From assembly GCA_951804945.1 (NCBI GenBank), contig OX638149.1:105338001-105402000 (forward strand): a stretch of DNA of 64,000 nt, given 5' to 3'. A program made the position numbers and the translations under genes. This stretch comes from Podarcis cretensis. Taxonomy: Eukaryota. How positions within the stretch are numbered: the stretch's first letter is position 1; each line of letters opens with the position of its first letter. The notes beneath the pieces are model-generated. The model ran no database searches, was not told the origin of the DNA, and was given only the letters and a program-made list of their open reading frames with translations. Positions 1 to 12,400 of the stretch are shown here, in pieces.

Positions 1-275
1 CACCCCCAAAATGATATTTAGAAAGGATTGTGGAAGCAGCTTCATTTTAAGGGCTTGCTAGTGTTGCAGATGGTGCCCTCACTGGACGCCATCTGCAACA
101 CTAGCAGGATCACTAGCCATTTGAACTTACTTCTACGCCACCTTCTCCCTCAAGATGTATCAAGGTGGTGTACAGCTATGTGTACAAATGCAATGGAGCA
201 TAAAATTCCATAAAACGATGCAAATTTAAATGTTGGGATCTGGATGGCATCATGTTGACTCCTTTTGTGCTAAGT

Positions 276-411
276 CAGGCTTCCTCAAACTAGGCCCTCC
301 AGATGTTTTGAGACTACAATTCCCATCATCCCTGACCACTGGTCCTGCTAGCTAGGGATCATGGGAGTTGTAGGCCAAAAACATCTGGAAGTCCGAGTCT
401 GAGGAAGCCTG
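276..411. mobile_element. hAT-type palindromic MITE
   Basis: TIR caggcttcctca / tgaggaagcctg; 8-bp TSD TGCTAAGT(268-275)/TACTAAGT(412-419). Older relatives at ~3290-3420, 5670-5800, 33120-33385 and 38870-39010. Confidence 0.85.
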
Positions 412-3400
412 TACTAAGTCATGATTTAGCAACACATGGAAGGAAAAGTCTGGGCAACAGGGCTTGTCCTCCTTTTGGCACTGCTGCATGGTGGAATTTG
501 AAAATCCTTTGGTTTCTTTTAGAACTCATCTTGTTGCAATGTCTGAACCCAGACAAATTGCTATTAGTCTTCACAATGGTTTACGAAAATAAGCCAACAT
601 TAAACTATGGTGAATGGAGCTAGCTTCCTTTCATAAATAATAGTTAAGATTGACTACTGTTTAGGGTTCAGATGTAATGCTATAAACTGTGGTTAAATGG
701 AAATGGAAGCTTCCCATTACCTTGTCGAACAAGAGAGGGAGCATGGAAGCCAGAGGCTTATCATAATGGCTTAGGGTTACATGCTTATTTATTTGTTTGT
801 TCATCTCACTTATGAATCACTTCCTACAAGGTATTTCAAAGTGATTTATAATATAAAAACATTTCTACAAAAACAGTTGAAATACAATGGTTGCATTCAT
901 ATTTTGTTTAGATTCAATACAATGGTGTTGCATCATGTTAGAATTCTGTATGCAAAGCCTTAGCTTCTGTTTTACAAATGAATTTTAAGTTTCTGGAGCC
1001 AACTATGTGTTGCAAACAAATGAATGTAACTGAGTACAAGCAGAAGAAAATAAAATAGCAAGAGGACATTTGAGTGGAGAAGCAGTGGATGATGTGAAGG
1101 GACCACTTAAATCAGGAATGAAGGGTATCTGCACACCACATGTTCTTAGACATCTCCAACTCCCATCAACCCCAGCTAGCAAGGTCAGAGATGATGGGAG
1201 CCCTTTCCTCCACCTTTTCCCACTCAAAATCACCTTCTTTCCCCTCTTCCCCAGTGCTGTTTGAAATGCATGTTCATAAACAAGAAAGTTGCTACTTCTG
1301 GATAGTTTCCCTCTGTCTTCTGCATTCTACTGCTTTGATACCAATCATAGACCATAGAAATGTTTATTAAATCACCTTACACATGTGAAAAATAAGCCAC
1401 ATAGGAATGATAATGTCAGAATATGGCATTATTTATGGATTAATGTTTTTAGGCAATTGTGTTGTTGAGTTCAAATCCCTATTTTTGCACCTTGATAAAT
1501 TATCTTAATTTTATTCTGAGGGTGCTGTGTGAGTGGTTTCTGTCACATAAAAAAAACATTTTTCCACACCAAAAGCCATATGAATTCCTGGTAATCTGCC
1601 TGCACCAAGTACTGCAGTGCCACTAGGAAGAAAAATATTTCTTAGACTTCAAGATGAACATCTTAGGTGATTAATTATTAGATTGGATGAACTAAATTAT
1701 TACTTGAAAGCCTAAAACAGGTATTTTTAGGAAGGCTGTGGTAATCGTTGAAGGGAAAGAAGTTGATAATATACACCACAACCTTTTCACACAAGATCCT
1801 GTGAAATCCTTAATGCATGCAAGAGTTTAGATCATAAGAGACTGACAGAACAATCCTGCATTATTATGACACTTAGGGGTAATAAGGGAAAGAGAGAATT
1901 CTGCTTGAATGTCTCTGTAATGTGACTAGAGGATTATTTGGATGGGCCAATGATAAGATTAAAAATAAGACTAATTCAAGTTGGGTATACTTCTGATGAT
2001 TAACCATGGTCTTCTATACTAGAACAGTGTAGGAGCCTGGTGTCACATTTGGAAATCTAAAATTCTGGATGTCACAAAATACCCATTTCACAAAAGAAAA
2101 ACTGGTGCTGCTCAGAACCCTCCCACCCTGCAAAACACCCCAAGGGGTGAAACAACCACAACTCCCAAAACAGAAAAGTAGGTAGCACCCCCTGTAATGA
2201 ATCTTCAAACCAAACAAAAAAATATTTTTTAAAATATTTGGAGGTGCTGCTGCCCAGGAGGCTGTTTGAAGATGCTATGCCCTGGAACGTTCCCATTTCT
2301 GCAAATGCGTTGTGGACCAGACTCTTAGCAAAGGACCATCTGAGGGTAACAAATCAAAGGCCAGTTCTGGGAATGGGTCTGACGGGGTGCCACGAGACAC
2401 TGCAAGTCCTGTCCAGCATTCAAGAGGGATTAAAAGTTTCATTACAGTTGATGTTGTTACTGCAGCACATGAAGGAAGTCTCTTCTGCAGTTTATTATCC
2501 CCAGCCTTCTATTGTTTCCTGAGCTGGTGATAGCAAAGACAACATGTCGCCATCTTAATCAGATCTGACAAATGGTCAATTATGTTGCTGCTTGGCGAAT
2601 TTGCTGGGTGACTTCAGTAGCTCCATTTTCGGAGCAAAAGGCCAAGGGAGGGGGAACAGGCCTGCCTAACGTTGGGGAAGATGTGTTGCTGCTTGCTGCA
2701 AGCTGGGTGAGGATGAGGGAATTTCAAGTTAGCCGGGATTTCATGCCAGAATGTTAGGAACAGTTTGCATGCAGGCTGAAGGAACTAAGCATTGTGCGGC
2801 ATTTTTTGTTTTCCTTTAAAAACCTACTGTTGCTGTACTGATAATTACCCCTATAGCTCCCTTTCTTGATTAAGGATCGATTGCTTTTTGAAACAGTTAT
2901 AAACCACTTGATATTTTACAACTCTCTAAGCAGTGTACAGTGTAAAACAAAAATAATTTTTAAAAATGGCACGAAGCAAGGAAAAAGTAATATAGAAGTA
3001 TATAAAAACAAATAAAACAGGTTTTGGGGGGATTCAAACACATAAAACAGGCCCAATCTTATGAGTCAGGGAAAGTCTATAACTGAATATATTTGTTTTC
3101 GAGATACCATTATTTGGCACACTTTAGTGTGGCCCAGTTCTCTGCGTAAATTATACAATAATTTGGGTGGCGTGGACTAATTTGTTAGATATTTGAACAT
3201 AAGCACTTTGCCTCTCTGTATAGAGAGCTTGATGACCTTCCTTTCCTCTCCAGCTACAAAGTCACCATTAGCGATGCTGAACATCAGGAATAGCTAACCT
3301 GTGGCCCTCCAGATGTTATTGAACTCCCAACTCTCATCAGTCCTAGCATTTAGGGATAATGGTTGCGATGAGAGTTGTAGGGCAACCATATTTGTAAGGC

Positions 3401-3699
3401 CAGAGGTTTCCTGCTCCTGCTGTACATAACAATAAGTAATATAGTGTAGGGTCTGGGTTACTTTGGTGGGTGAGTTCATATATTACAAGGAAAAGCCGGA
3501 TCCCTGGATCTCCACTATGGGTTGACCATGCGATCTTTGGAAGGATAGTTTGATATCTCTGGTCACAGTCAGTAATACACTTTCATTTCAATGTGCCTGA
3601 AATCCTTCAAGACTAGGTTGGTGTGTTTTTTTAAGCAACATGGACTCTTCCTAGAGGCTTATAATATTTTCAAGGACAAGACGTAGTAGGGAAGAAGAA

Positions 3700-4330
3700 G
3701 AAAAGGATGAATCAATCAGGAAAAGTGAGAATTAAAAATGTGTATTGGGGAGGTGCTTGATTGAAATGATAGAGGAAGAAAGGGTTTGATGTTGGGTGGT
3801 AGGAAACAGCAAGAGAAGGAGGGAATCGATTGGTACCAATAGAGGGAGAAGACAAGGTGGATATACAGTAGCCATGTTCCAAAGGTAAGTGATGCTAGGA
3901 GAAAAAAGTCAGTGAAGAAGAGAGTGAACTGAGAAATGAGTAGAAAATAATGGGTCAATAAGCAGCATTTTAGATGATGGTAGAGGCTTCAGAGGAAAAA
4001 GAGCAGTGCTTGTGGAGAGAGTAGTGTTTCTAGCTGTATCAATCAATTGAAAAGGAGAGGACTTGTCAAGAATATGGATATATGGCAGTGGAAAACAAGG
4101 GATGTTCAGAAATTCAAACTCCAGCAGTCTCATTTGATTGAAAAGAGTGAAAAACAGGTTTGAGAGGATCAAGAAGTTGTCAGAAAAGGAAATGAGACAC
4201 AGAGAGAATACTACAGGGTGACAGATGACAATCGGAACGCAAGCTTTTAAAAACAGAATAGGTGTAACATAAGGGAAGGGGACGCAGTAAGTGAGAGTGA
4301 ATCCAGGGGACAGTAGATTTACAAAGATCT
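3700..4330 (-). mobile_element. Possible ancient, highly decayed L2-like LINE fragment
   Basis: Strong purine/pyrimidine strand asymmetry and faint similarity of the - strand translation to the L2 endonuclease C-terminus; no intact motif. Confidence 0.3.
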
Positions 4331-7300
4331 GTGCATTTGATAGGAGTTGGAGCCCCAAACCCCTGTCAGGCACCAGGTTGAGAATGCCCTAGGGCAATGC
4401 CCCTTTGGTGGAAATTTCAAGGTTGACTGCGAGAAGCATTATATTAGGGGATTGGACAGATAGAAGAATTTAAACGCTCAGAATTCTGGAAAATCCACCT
4501 CTTTCCTCTGACATTTGGCTAGGTTGGGCTTCCTTTGAAACACAGTCTCAGATTTTAAATTTCTTTTTAACGATTGATTTGAAGTTGGTCTATGATCATT
4601 AAGGATGTGGTAGGCTTTCCACATACTGTACTATTTTTTGGTGCTCTATCTTCTTGGTTAAAAAATGCTTCAGCCAGCACTGTTACTCAAAAACTGGTTA
4701 TAATTTTTGTTTGTTTTTCTTAGTTTTCTGTTTTTGTTGTGTTGGCACTGCATAAGAGGACATGCTTTCCCCCACAATGCTTTAAGTCAACAAAATATCT
4801 GAATCACATGCAGTGAATAACTGGCATCTACTAACCCCTTGGTTTCTCTCTCTCCCCCCCCTTCCAGTTCTTGCTTTGTTTACTTCATAAAAGGAACCCT
4901 CTTGCAAATATGAATTGCAAATAGATAACCCTCCATAGTTAAGTATGTAAATGTGCTTTCACTATGAAAGCAGCTGTGACTAAGACCCAGATGACTTGTC
5001 TGCTTGGCCCGGGGAGCTGGTGGTAATATGCATGCAGTATGTTAGAACAGCTCTGCCCGAGGGCAATTTTAGTGTATTCACAGCTCCCTACTCTATCCCT
5101 CGAGAGTTTGTAGCTTGCTCTTTTGATCTGCCTTTTATCTCTCCAGTTTCTGCCTCGTGCACTTTCAAGCTTCCTAGGGCACAGCTGTAAAGAGGGACTT
5201 GGTGGCCATGTTTCCAGTCATAGTCATTTTACTGGTTATTCTGGGCTGGAGAAACCATGATGACATACGCACTCACAGAGCAGCAGATTGCATTGGATTG
5301 GGCATCCTTCCTTGAACCTGGACTAATTGCATTAGCATTAACTCTTGTGATAACAGCTGTGGTGACTCTTGCACTGCACCCTGTAATTTCTTGCCTAATA
5401 CAATTGTTCATTTGCACTGTGGTCATTTGTTTGCCACCCAGAGAACTATTGTTACAGCAGGCAGCTTACAGAATGAGTGGAGGAATAAATAAAGAACACA
5501 TCCCCTGTATTTCTTATTATGTAACATACAAGATACTGTACAAATGGCTGGGTTTTTTTTGGCGATGACAGGACAAAACTCCCAAGTCTGGAACTGTGCA
5601 TCGGCCTTTGCAGTATGTTACTGGGATAAATAAATCATCTTCTATATTTTCTGGTGTTGGTTTATTTTGATCTGGGATGGCAAATTTGGTGTCTGCCGGG
5701 CAGTGTTGGGATTCTAGTTCCCTTCAGCCCCAGCCAGCCTGACCAGTCATTAGTAAATGGAGTCTCAACATCTGTAGGGCCACAGTTTTCCTAACTCTGT
5801 AATACTAGAACCTCACTGGAACTCAACCTCCGGGTATAGGGCGGTATATAAATTCAACAAATAATAACAAAAACTTGGAGAACCACCAGCAACCATTTCT
5901 AGCATTCAGGCCTGCCACAAGGATACCAACACATCCTTCCATTATGTTTATGCAGGGCCATTCCCTGTGTGTGCCCCCTTTTGTACTTTGTTCTAACATC
6001 TGAGGCCCTATTACATGAAGTCGTGTGAAGATTGGCAGGTATCGAAAAGAAGCAGGGCCTTTTATTTCATGTCCTTCAGATGCCGAGTTAAAACATGGCT
6101 CTTCAGTGAAGTCTTTGGGCCTGGCTGATAACCTCATTTATTTGCTTTTCCTGGTCATTGATTTCTATCCTGAATTTTGCATCTTTGAGAAGCTTTTGAT
6201 GTAATGTTTCAACCCTTTTAAGAGAAGGGAGATGGCTTTAGTTCTGCTAGCACTTCTTTCAGTGCCCTGTTCTCCATTGGACTGATGTCTGAAAACAGGA
6301 GCCAGCTGCATGTCTGCCCTAAAGGCTGGCACCAGCTCTGTCGCAACATTTCTTACTAGCATTATGGATTGGAAGGATGAGGCTTTTAGAAGAATATAAG
6401 GAGGCCATTCACTTTCTGTTGAGGAGCAGGGAGAAGAATGTGATCGCTGCCAGGTAGGTAGGAGGGTGCTGGAGATCTGCTTGCCAACCCTCCAGAACAG
6501 CCAAGTTCTCCTGGCAGAGAGAGAGAGAGAGAGAACTGATCAGGCTTCTGTATTTGTTGATAAAGCTCTCATATTAGCCATATTCACTTTTTCCCTCAGA
6601 CCTGTATGGGTGAGAAGTAGGGCTATTGGAGAAGTCCAAGGAAAATGGGAGCAAGCAGAAGTGGCCAATGTTGGCTTATTCATCATGTGTCCAGAATGGA
6701 AGCCAACTCAGTGAATATGATTGGTATTTGCTGTCGTTGCTTTCAGTCCACAACCGATACATAATTGATGGCATTCCCCCACTTCCTTTGCACTGCATTT
6801 GCATTATAATGAATGGAGTGGAATAAAGTAATGTCAATGAAACAGTGCTATGTGCAGTGAATATGAGCGGAAGGGGGAACAGTGCCTTCTTGCATACGAA
6901 GTGAGAAGCGTGTGGGGTTGTCCACTACCCTTTCCTCCCTTGATGCACATGTGAGTGGGAAGCCTCTCCCATCAGTGTGGCTTTGCCCGTGGCTTCATCA
7001 GGTGCAGTTCCATTCATCCCTCCAGAAGAGGGTGGGATGTGTTATTTGAATGGGATTTGGAGGTGTAAACATAACTATGGCCATTTTACCCCATATAATC
7101 TACTCCATGTTCTCTTCAATGCAAGAGACAAGGAGTGCTGCAAGGTACTTAAAGAACTTTGGACTCAAGCTCCTGACACAGATTGGCATGAAAAGACACA
7201 GTGCCTCTGGGCAAATTAAGGTAGTGAGTGGCTGGGGTGTCAATGGCACTCTGTGTTATAACACATCCTGCAAGAATTTTTCTTTTTAAAGCTTTGAGAA

Positions 7301-9286
7301 AAGGATGGGGCAAGAGATTTGGGAGCAATCCTAGAAGGTCTGGGGTTCCAGGTTCCTTGGTTGCCCCCTACTGAAACCCTTGGAAGAGACGATAGATGTA
7401 GAATAGAATTAAATTCTTTATATGGCTCCAGAAAAGAATGTCAAAGAGAGCAGCTGTAGTATTAGAGCAAGGATAAAAGTATTATAATGAATAGGTTGCT
7501 TTAAAGATTGTGTGTGTGGGAGGGGAGAATGTATATATTCTGCTCTCTCTCTTTAAATAATAATAATAATATAATAATTGTTCCCTATCTCTCATAGCTT
7601 TCATGTTCAACTTGGTGGGGTGATTTTAGGAGGCCACTCTGTGTGTCTTCTTAGGAGTGTAAATGGGGATGGAAAGACTTTGGTAAAATTGCCTGCTTCA
7701 GATAGTCTAAACAATTGCTGCTTTATATTTTCTTCCCATTATGTCTGTTGGCACCATTTGTTGGATAAGCTAGATCATCTTCTTCTTTTGTTTACAAAAA
7801 AAAAGTTGTCCAACAAGTGGGTCTAGCTAGATGCCATCATTTGTGTGGCACCTCTTCAAGCAACTTATTCTCCTTTAATTACTGCTCCCGTAATTACTTT
7901 GTTGTCTCAAGGGGAAAGGATGGATCTGTTTATCTCAGTCTGAAAGACTGGCTACGCTGCAGAATTTGCCAGGTGAATTGGATTATGGACTTGGACATAA
8001 CTGCTTAGAAAGAGCATGCTGGTAGTTTTGACGAGAGGGCCTGAAGGGGCACAGATCTTAGTGTAAAAAAAAAAATGTATTACATTACAGCACATTACAC
8101 GACAACACATCAAGTATCTTGGTGTGATGATCCTTACAGTTTCATAAGGCACACATTTTACTGTGGCTGAGACCACATTCTGTGAACAATGGTTTTCTTG
8201 ATTTCATTGGCAACTGCCCAAGAATCTCATGATAGGATCTCACTGTAACAATCTCTTCTGATTAAAAATAAATTGTAGCTGGCATATTAAAGGGGATAGC
8301 CCTCGGTGGACTGTAGGGCCTTGTATAATAAATAAGTGGCTGTGTGGGTTTTTACCAAGTGTTCTAAACTTACACCTTTGTGCCACTTTTCCGGTGCCAA
8401 AGACTTTTGGCGTCAGTTCAGTTCCAAGCCCTGACTCAGGTTGGTGCTTCAAGCATTATGGTACATAGTTGTTGTTTTTTATAATTGCATGAAGAGAACA
8501 GAGATAGTTGTACTGGTCTTATTCTAATGAAATAAAAATGTACCGACTTGATTGAAATCCAGATAACCTCTGAAATGTACCTTCTGCAAAGGAATCTTTT
8601 ATATGCAAGATTTCCTTTAGTTGGGTGTAGATGGGTGCATGCGTTGGCTGTGCATATAGTAAAATAAACCTGCACAGTCATAAAATATGTGGGCCTATGC
8701 ATGATGATGTGCACAGGGGAAACAACTTTTATGGTATCTTGAATCAGACCACTGGTTCCGTTACTTCCTGTACTGTTTCTGCCCATTCTGAGTAAGCAGA
8801 TGAGGACTGAAAGCCTCTTCTAGCTTTGCTACCCAAGATTTGTTAACTGGAGATGCAAGAGATAAGATCTGGGAAAGCATGTGCTGCCTCTTTACCTTTT
8901 TTTGAAAGTAAGAGGTTGGGCCATAATGTGTTTTGGCAATCCAGTTTTGGAGTATAAGGTATGGCAGAGATCCCAAATTCTTTGCGTTCTGTACTCATTG
9001 CTTGGGAATAGCAGTGGATTTAGGGTGGCATGGGCACTCCCCTCCAACCAAGTTGAGGGGGTGCAAAAGAAATCCATTTTGGGGTGCCAAATTTGGAGCT
9101 CGGACAGGGTGCCATATTATGAAAGATGATCAGAGTCTGCCGCTGCTGGGAATAGTTTAATTGAGTTTACTGACTGACCAGTGTTGTGTGCTTTCTTTTT
9201 TTCTGTCCCTCCAGGTGCACATCTCTTCCAGATACAAGGAGAACGAACTCCCAAGAAATCCGCATGTTTGAGGCTCCCCCTCTGCA

Positions 9287-9404
9287 ATGGCATCTTGGCC
9301 TGTGCTGGCCTGGGTCCTGCTCATCCGTTTCATTGCTGATTACCTGAATGGAATTCAAGCCCGGGAGTTCACAGTGAAAGATATTGTCTACCTTCATCCT
9401 TCAA
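9287..9404 (+). CDS. LYPD6: LYPD6 first coding exon (exon starts at 9215; 9215-9286 is 5'UTR)
   Basis: Acceptor ctttctttttttctgtccctccag at 9214; ATG 9287; [39 protein letters not shown]; donor A|gtaagt at 9405. Confidence 0.96.
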
Positions 9405-12400
9405 GTAAGTCTCAAGGAGCAGCTTATTATATTAAGACAAGGGTCAGCAAAATTTTTCAGCAGGGGGCTGGTCCACTGTCCCTCAGACCTTGTGGGGTGC
9501 CGGACTATATTTTGAAGGAAAAAAATGAACAAATTCATATGCCCCACAGATAACCCAGAGATGCATTTAAAATAAAAAGACACATTCCACTCATGTAAAA
9601 ACACGCTGGTTCCCGGACTGTCTTGGCTGGATTGAGAAGGCGATTGGGCTGGATCCGGCCCCCAGGCCTTAGTTTGCCTACCCATGTATTAAGATGTCCA
9701 CTCAAGGAATATGAAAAAGAGAGAGGAAGCTAACATTTCAAAGAGCATAAGCTCTTTACAAAGAGCATTTTTTTTTTTCATTTTTGGATGTCAACACTAA
9801 AAAGAATAAAGCCATAAACATCCCCCCAACCATTGATTAAGTCATTTCAGTTATTGAACAAAAGGGTTGCTCCACAGATCTCCATGTGGTGCTGCGTCTC
9901 CTGAGTCTGAGCCTTCCCATTTCTCTCCACTGTAAACAGTAAAAGAAAACAGAACTGTAAAAAAAAGCTAAAGCCAAAAATGCTTCCAGAAACGCCATAC
10001 AGTATTTTACTATATCTGCTGGCACTGAAGTGGCTCATAGGAACAAATAAAATGCTTAATGTCTCCGTTCTGCCCTCCATCCAGTGAAACAGACCCTATG
10101 AATCCAAAATAGCTCCTGAGAACAAGGTTGCTACTAATGCAAATAGCAGCAATTGCATAGATCTTGTAAATAATGAGGGGAAAGTGTTTTCTGGAATGGT
10201 AAAGCATATCTAACAATCTCCCACTTTCCCCCTCCCCTTAATGGCCTGGTTCAGCAAGCTCCAGTCTCCTCCTTGGGCATGGCCACCCACAAGCCAAAGT
10301 TTGGAAATACCTGCTTCTTGATTTAAAACTGGAGTTTACTGGGAACTCTGATTAGTCTAAACAAGCCAGAATCATAAACCATGGTAGGAATTCAATGTTG
10401 TGCATTTCTGCTTGTCAGGTGTGTTTCTTTCTTGGCCTGTGGGGGGGGGGAGATAAATGGCAAACCTTATTCATATTTTTAATCCAGAGTGAGCATGCAA
10501 GTTGTCACAGAATCATTGAAAAGGAGCAAAATGAGCTACTGCATGCAGGCGGGACAGAAAAAGCAAATGGCCTTGTACACATTACATATGTTGCATGCAA
10601 TCTTACTGTCCTCTGTGGTGTCTTTCCACCCTCCTTGCCTTCTCTGGTCGTGTTGCTTCTTCCTGAGCTCTCCCAGTTGGCACGAGCAAACCTTTCCCAA
10701 ACATTCCTTAGTTGGCAGCCTAGCCACATCTTATTTAGGTAATATCTCTGTTCTAGTTCGTATTAAATTGCATTTATAGCACCTTATTGTTTGTGTTCGT
10801 TCTGCATTCTGTTGTATGCCACTTTTTTTTTTTTTTTGCAGGTAGGTGTTCTGTAAGTATCATAAAGCCAACAAGCACACACATTTTAAGGCAGGCTTAC
10901 ATTTTCACAGGTGGTTTTAAAAATGATGGTTGCACAATTATAAGCAACCTTTCTCGTGTCTTTCCACCCTTTTTTTACTTGCAGCTTCAATTTTGTTTTT
11001 AAACAAAGGCACAAAGGTGGGGTGGGGAGTTGATTTCTGCTATTTTCTTTCAATTTGGCATCGCTAGGTGCTTTCCTGTTGACCAAGAGAGTGAATTGCA
11101 AGATATAGTTACAGGCAAATTCTGGGCACTGGGCAGTTGCTTTTGATTTCCTTTAGAATAGTCCTCTTAGGGCACAGTCTATCAGGCTTATTTACTTCTT
11201 AGATCGTGAGCCAAACAAATCTCGCTCACAGCTGTGGCTACTGCTTTTTGAAGCTTCCTTTCAGTACAAGGGCGGGGGGGGGGGGGGAGCAGAAGCAAAG
11301 AAATTACCAGGCACCTCCTGGAGGTTTTTTCTTGCAGCCCTTCTTAGCTTTGCATCTATGTGTCTCTTGCCTACAGACTGGAGGTATAACATCAAGGAGT
11401 CACAATGCTGAGCAGTATCTTCCCTCTGAACGCAGGAGAGGAGCAATGCTGCCCTTCTGCTTGAGCTCTGCTCTCTTAACATGCTTAATTCAAGTATTAT
11501 AGGAAGAGTTGAAGACTGTGGAATCTGTGATATTGGTCCAGGTCCCATGAACAGGGTTTCTGCATTCCAGGGGTTGGTAGGTGCTTTAAAAGACCCAGGC
11601 CCATGGCACAAATATACATAAAAACTGCATGCACTCATTTGTTATATAGATGCAAAAGGAGTCTGATGTTTAGAAGGAAAGCCACCCTGTTTAAGCAAAG
11701 TTTTCACAAAAATTTGTCTCTTTGTGTGTTTTTAAGATAATAAGGGCAGATGATTCAGAGGCCGATGCACAAAACCTGGACCTTGGGTCCCTTTGGAATG
11801 CCCCATAACATTGTCCCCTTATGTATCCACAAAGGATGCACGATCCACTCTGGTTATCCTTGCTATAGCCCAAAGCAGCTAGCTTTGTTGCAATCCCTGT
11901 GACCAAGGCCTGGCTAGCATGTACATCCTACAATTAACTTGTGACATCTTGGAAAACAGGAGCTTGTTTGGCCTTCATGGGCACTTGAGAAATCCAGATC
12001 TGAATGAGCTCCCATTGCATGAATAGTATACTGCTTGTAAAATACTTACAACAACTTTGCAAAGTGTGGCGGTATTTTCCCCATATTGTGAAAGTTCGGT
12101 CACAGTAGATTACCTGTGCCTGCATGCACATCACATTATGCAAAGCCAGTTTTTGAAAAGGGTGTTTGTTTGTTTTTACTATACTGGCACTAAAATTCTG
12201 AGCCTTAGCACCAGATTTATGGGTACTGGAGAATGTAGGCGTCAAGGAATTTTTTCTAGGCTTTGTGTAACATAGAAAGACTTCGTTCCTTTCTTTCGTA
12301 AGATACTAGTTCATTCTCAGAACACAGAACGGAACTGTAGGAGTGTTTGCGTTCCAAGGCCCAAGGCACATTCTGTAAGCCAGCAATGGTAGTATGATAT

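Noticed and set aside
6590-7220. Coding-looking stretch, possibly a decayed retroelement or pseudogene
   Set aside because: No motif identifiable in any frame; would need BLASTX/Dfam
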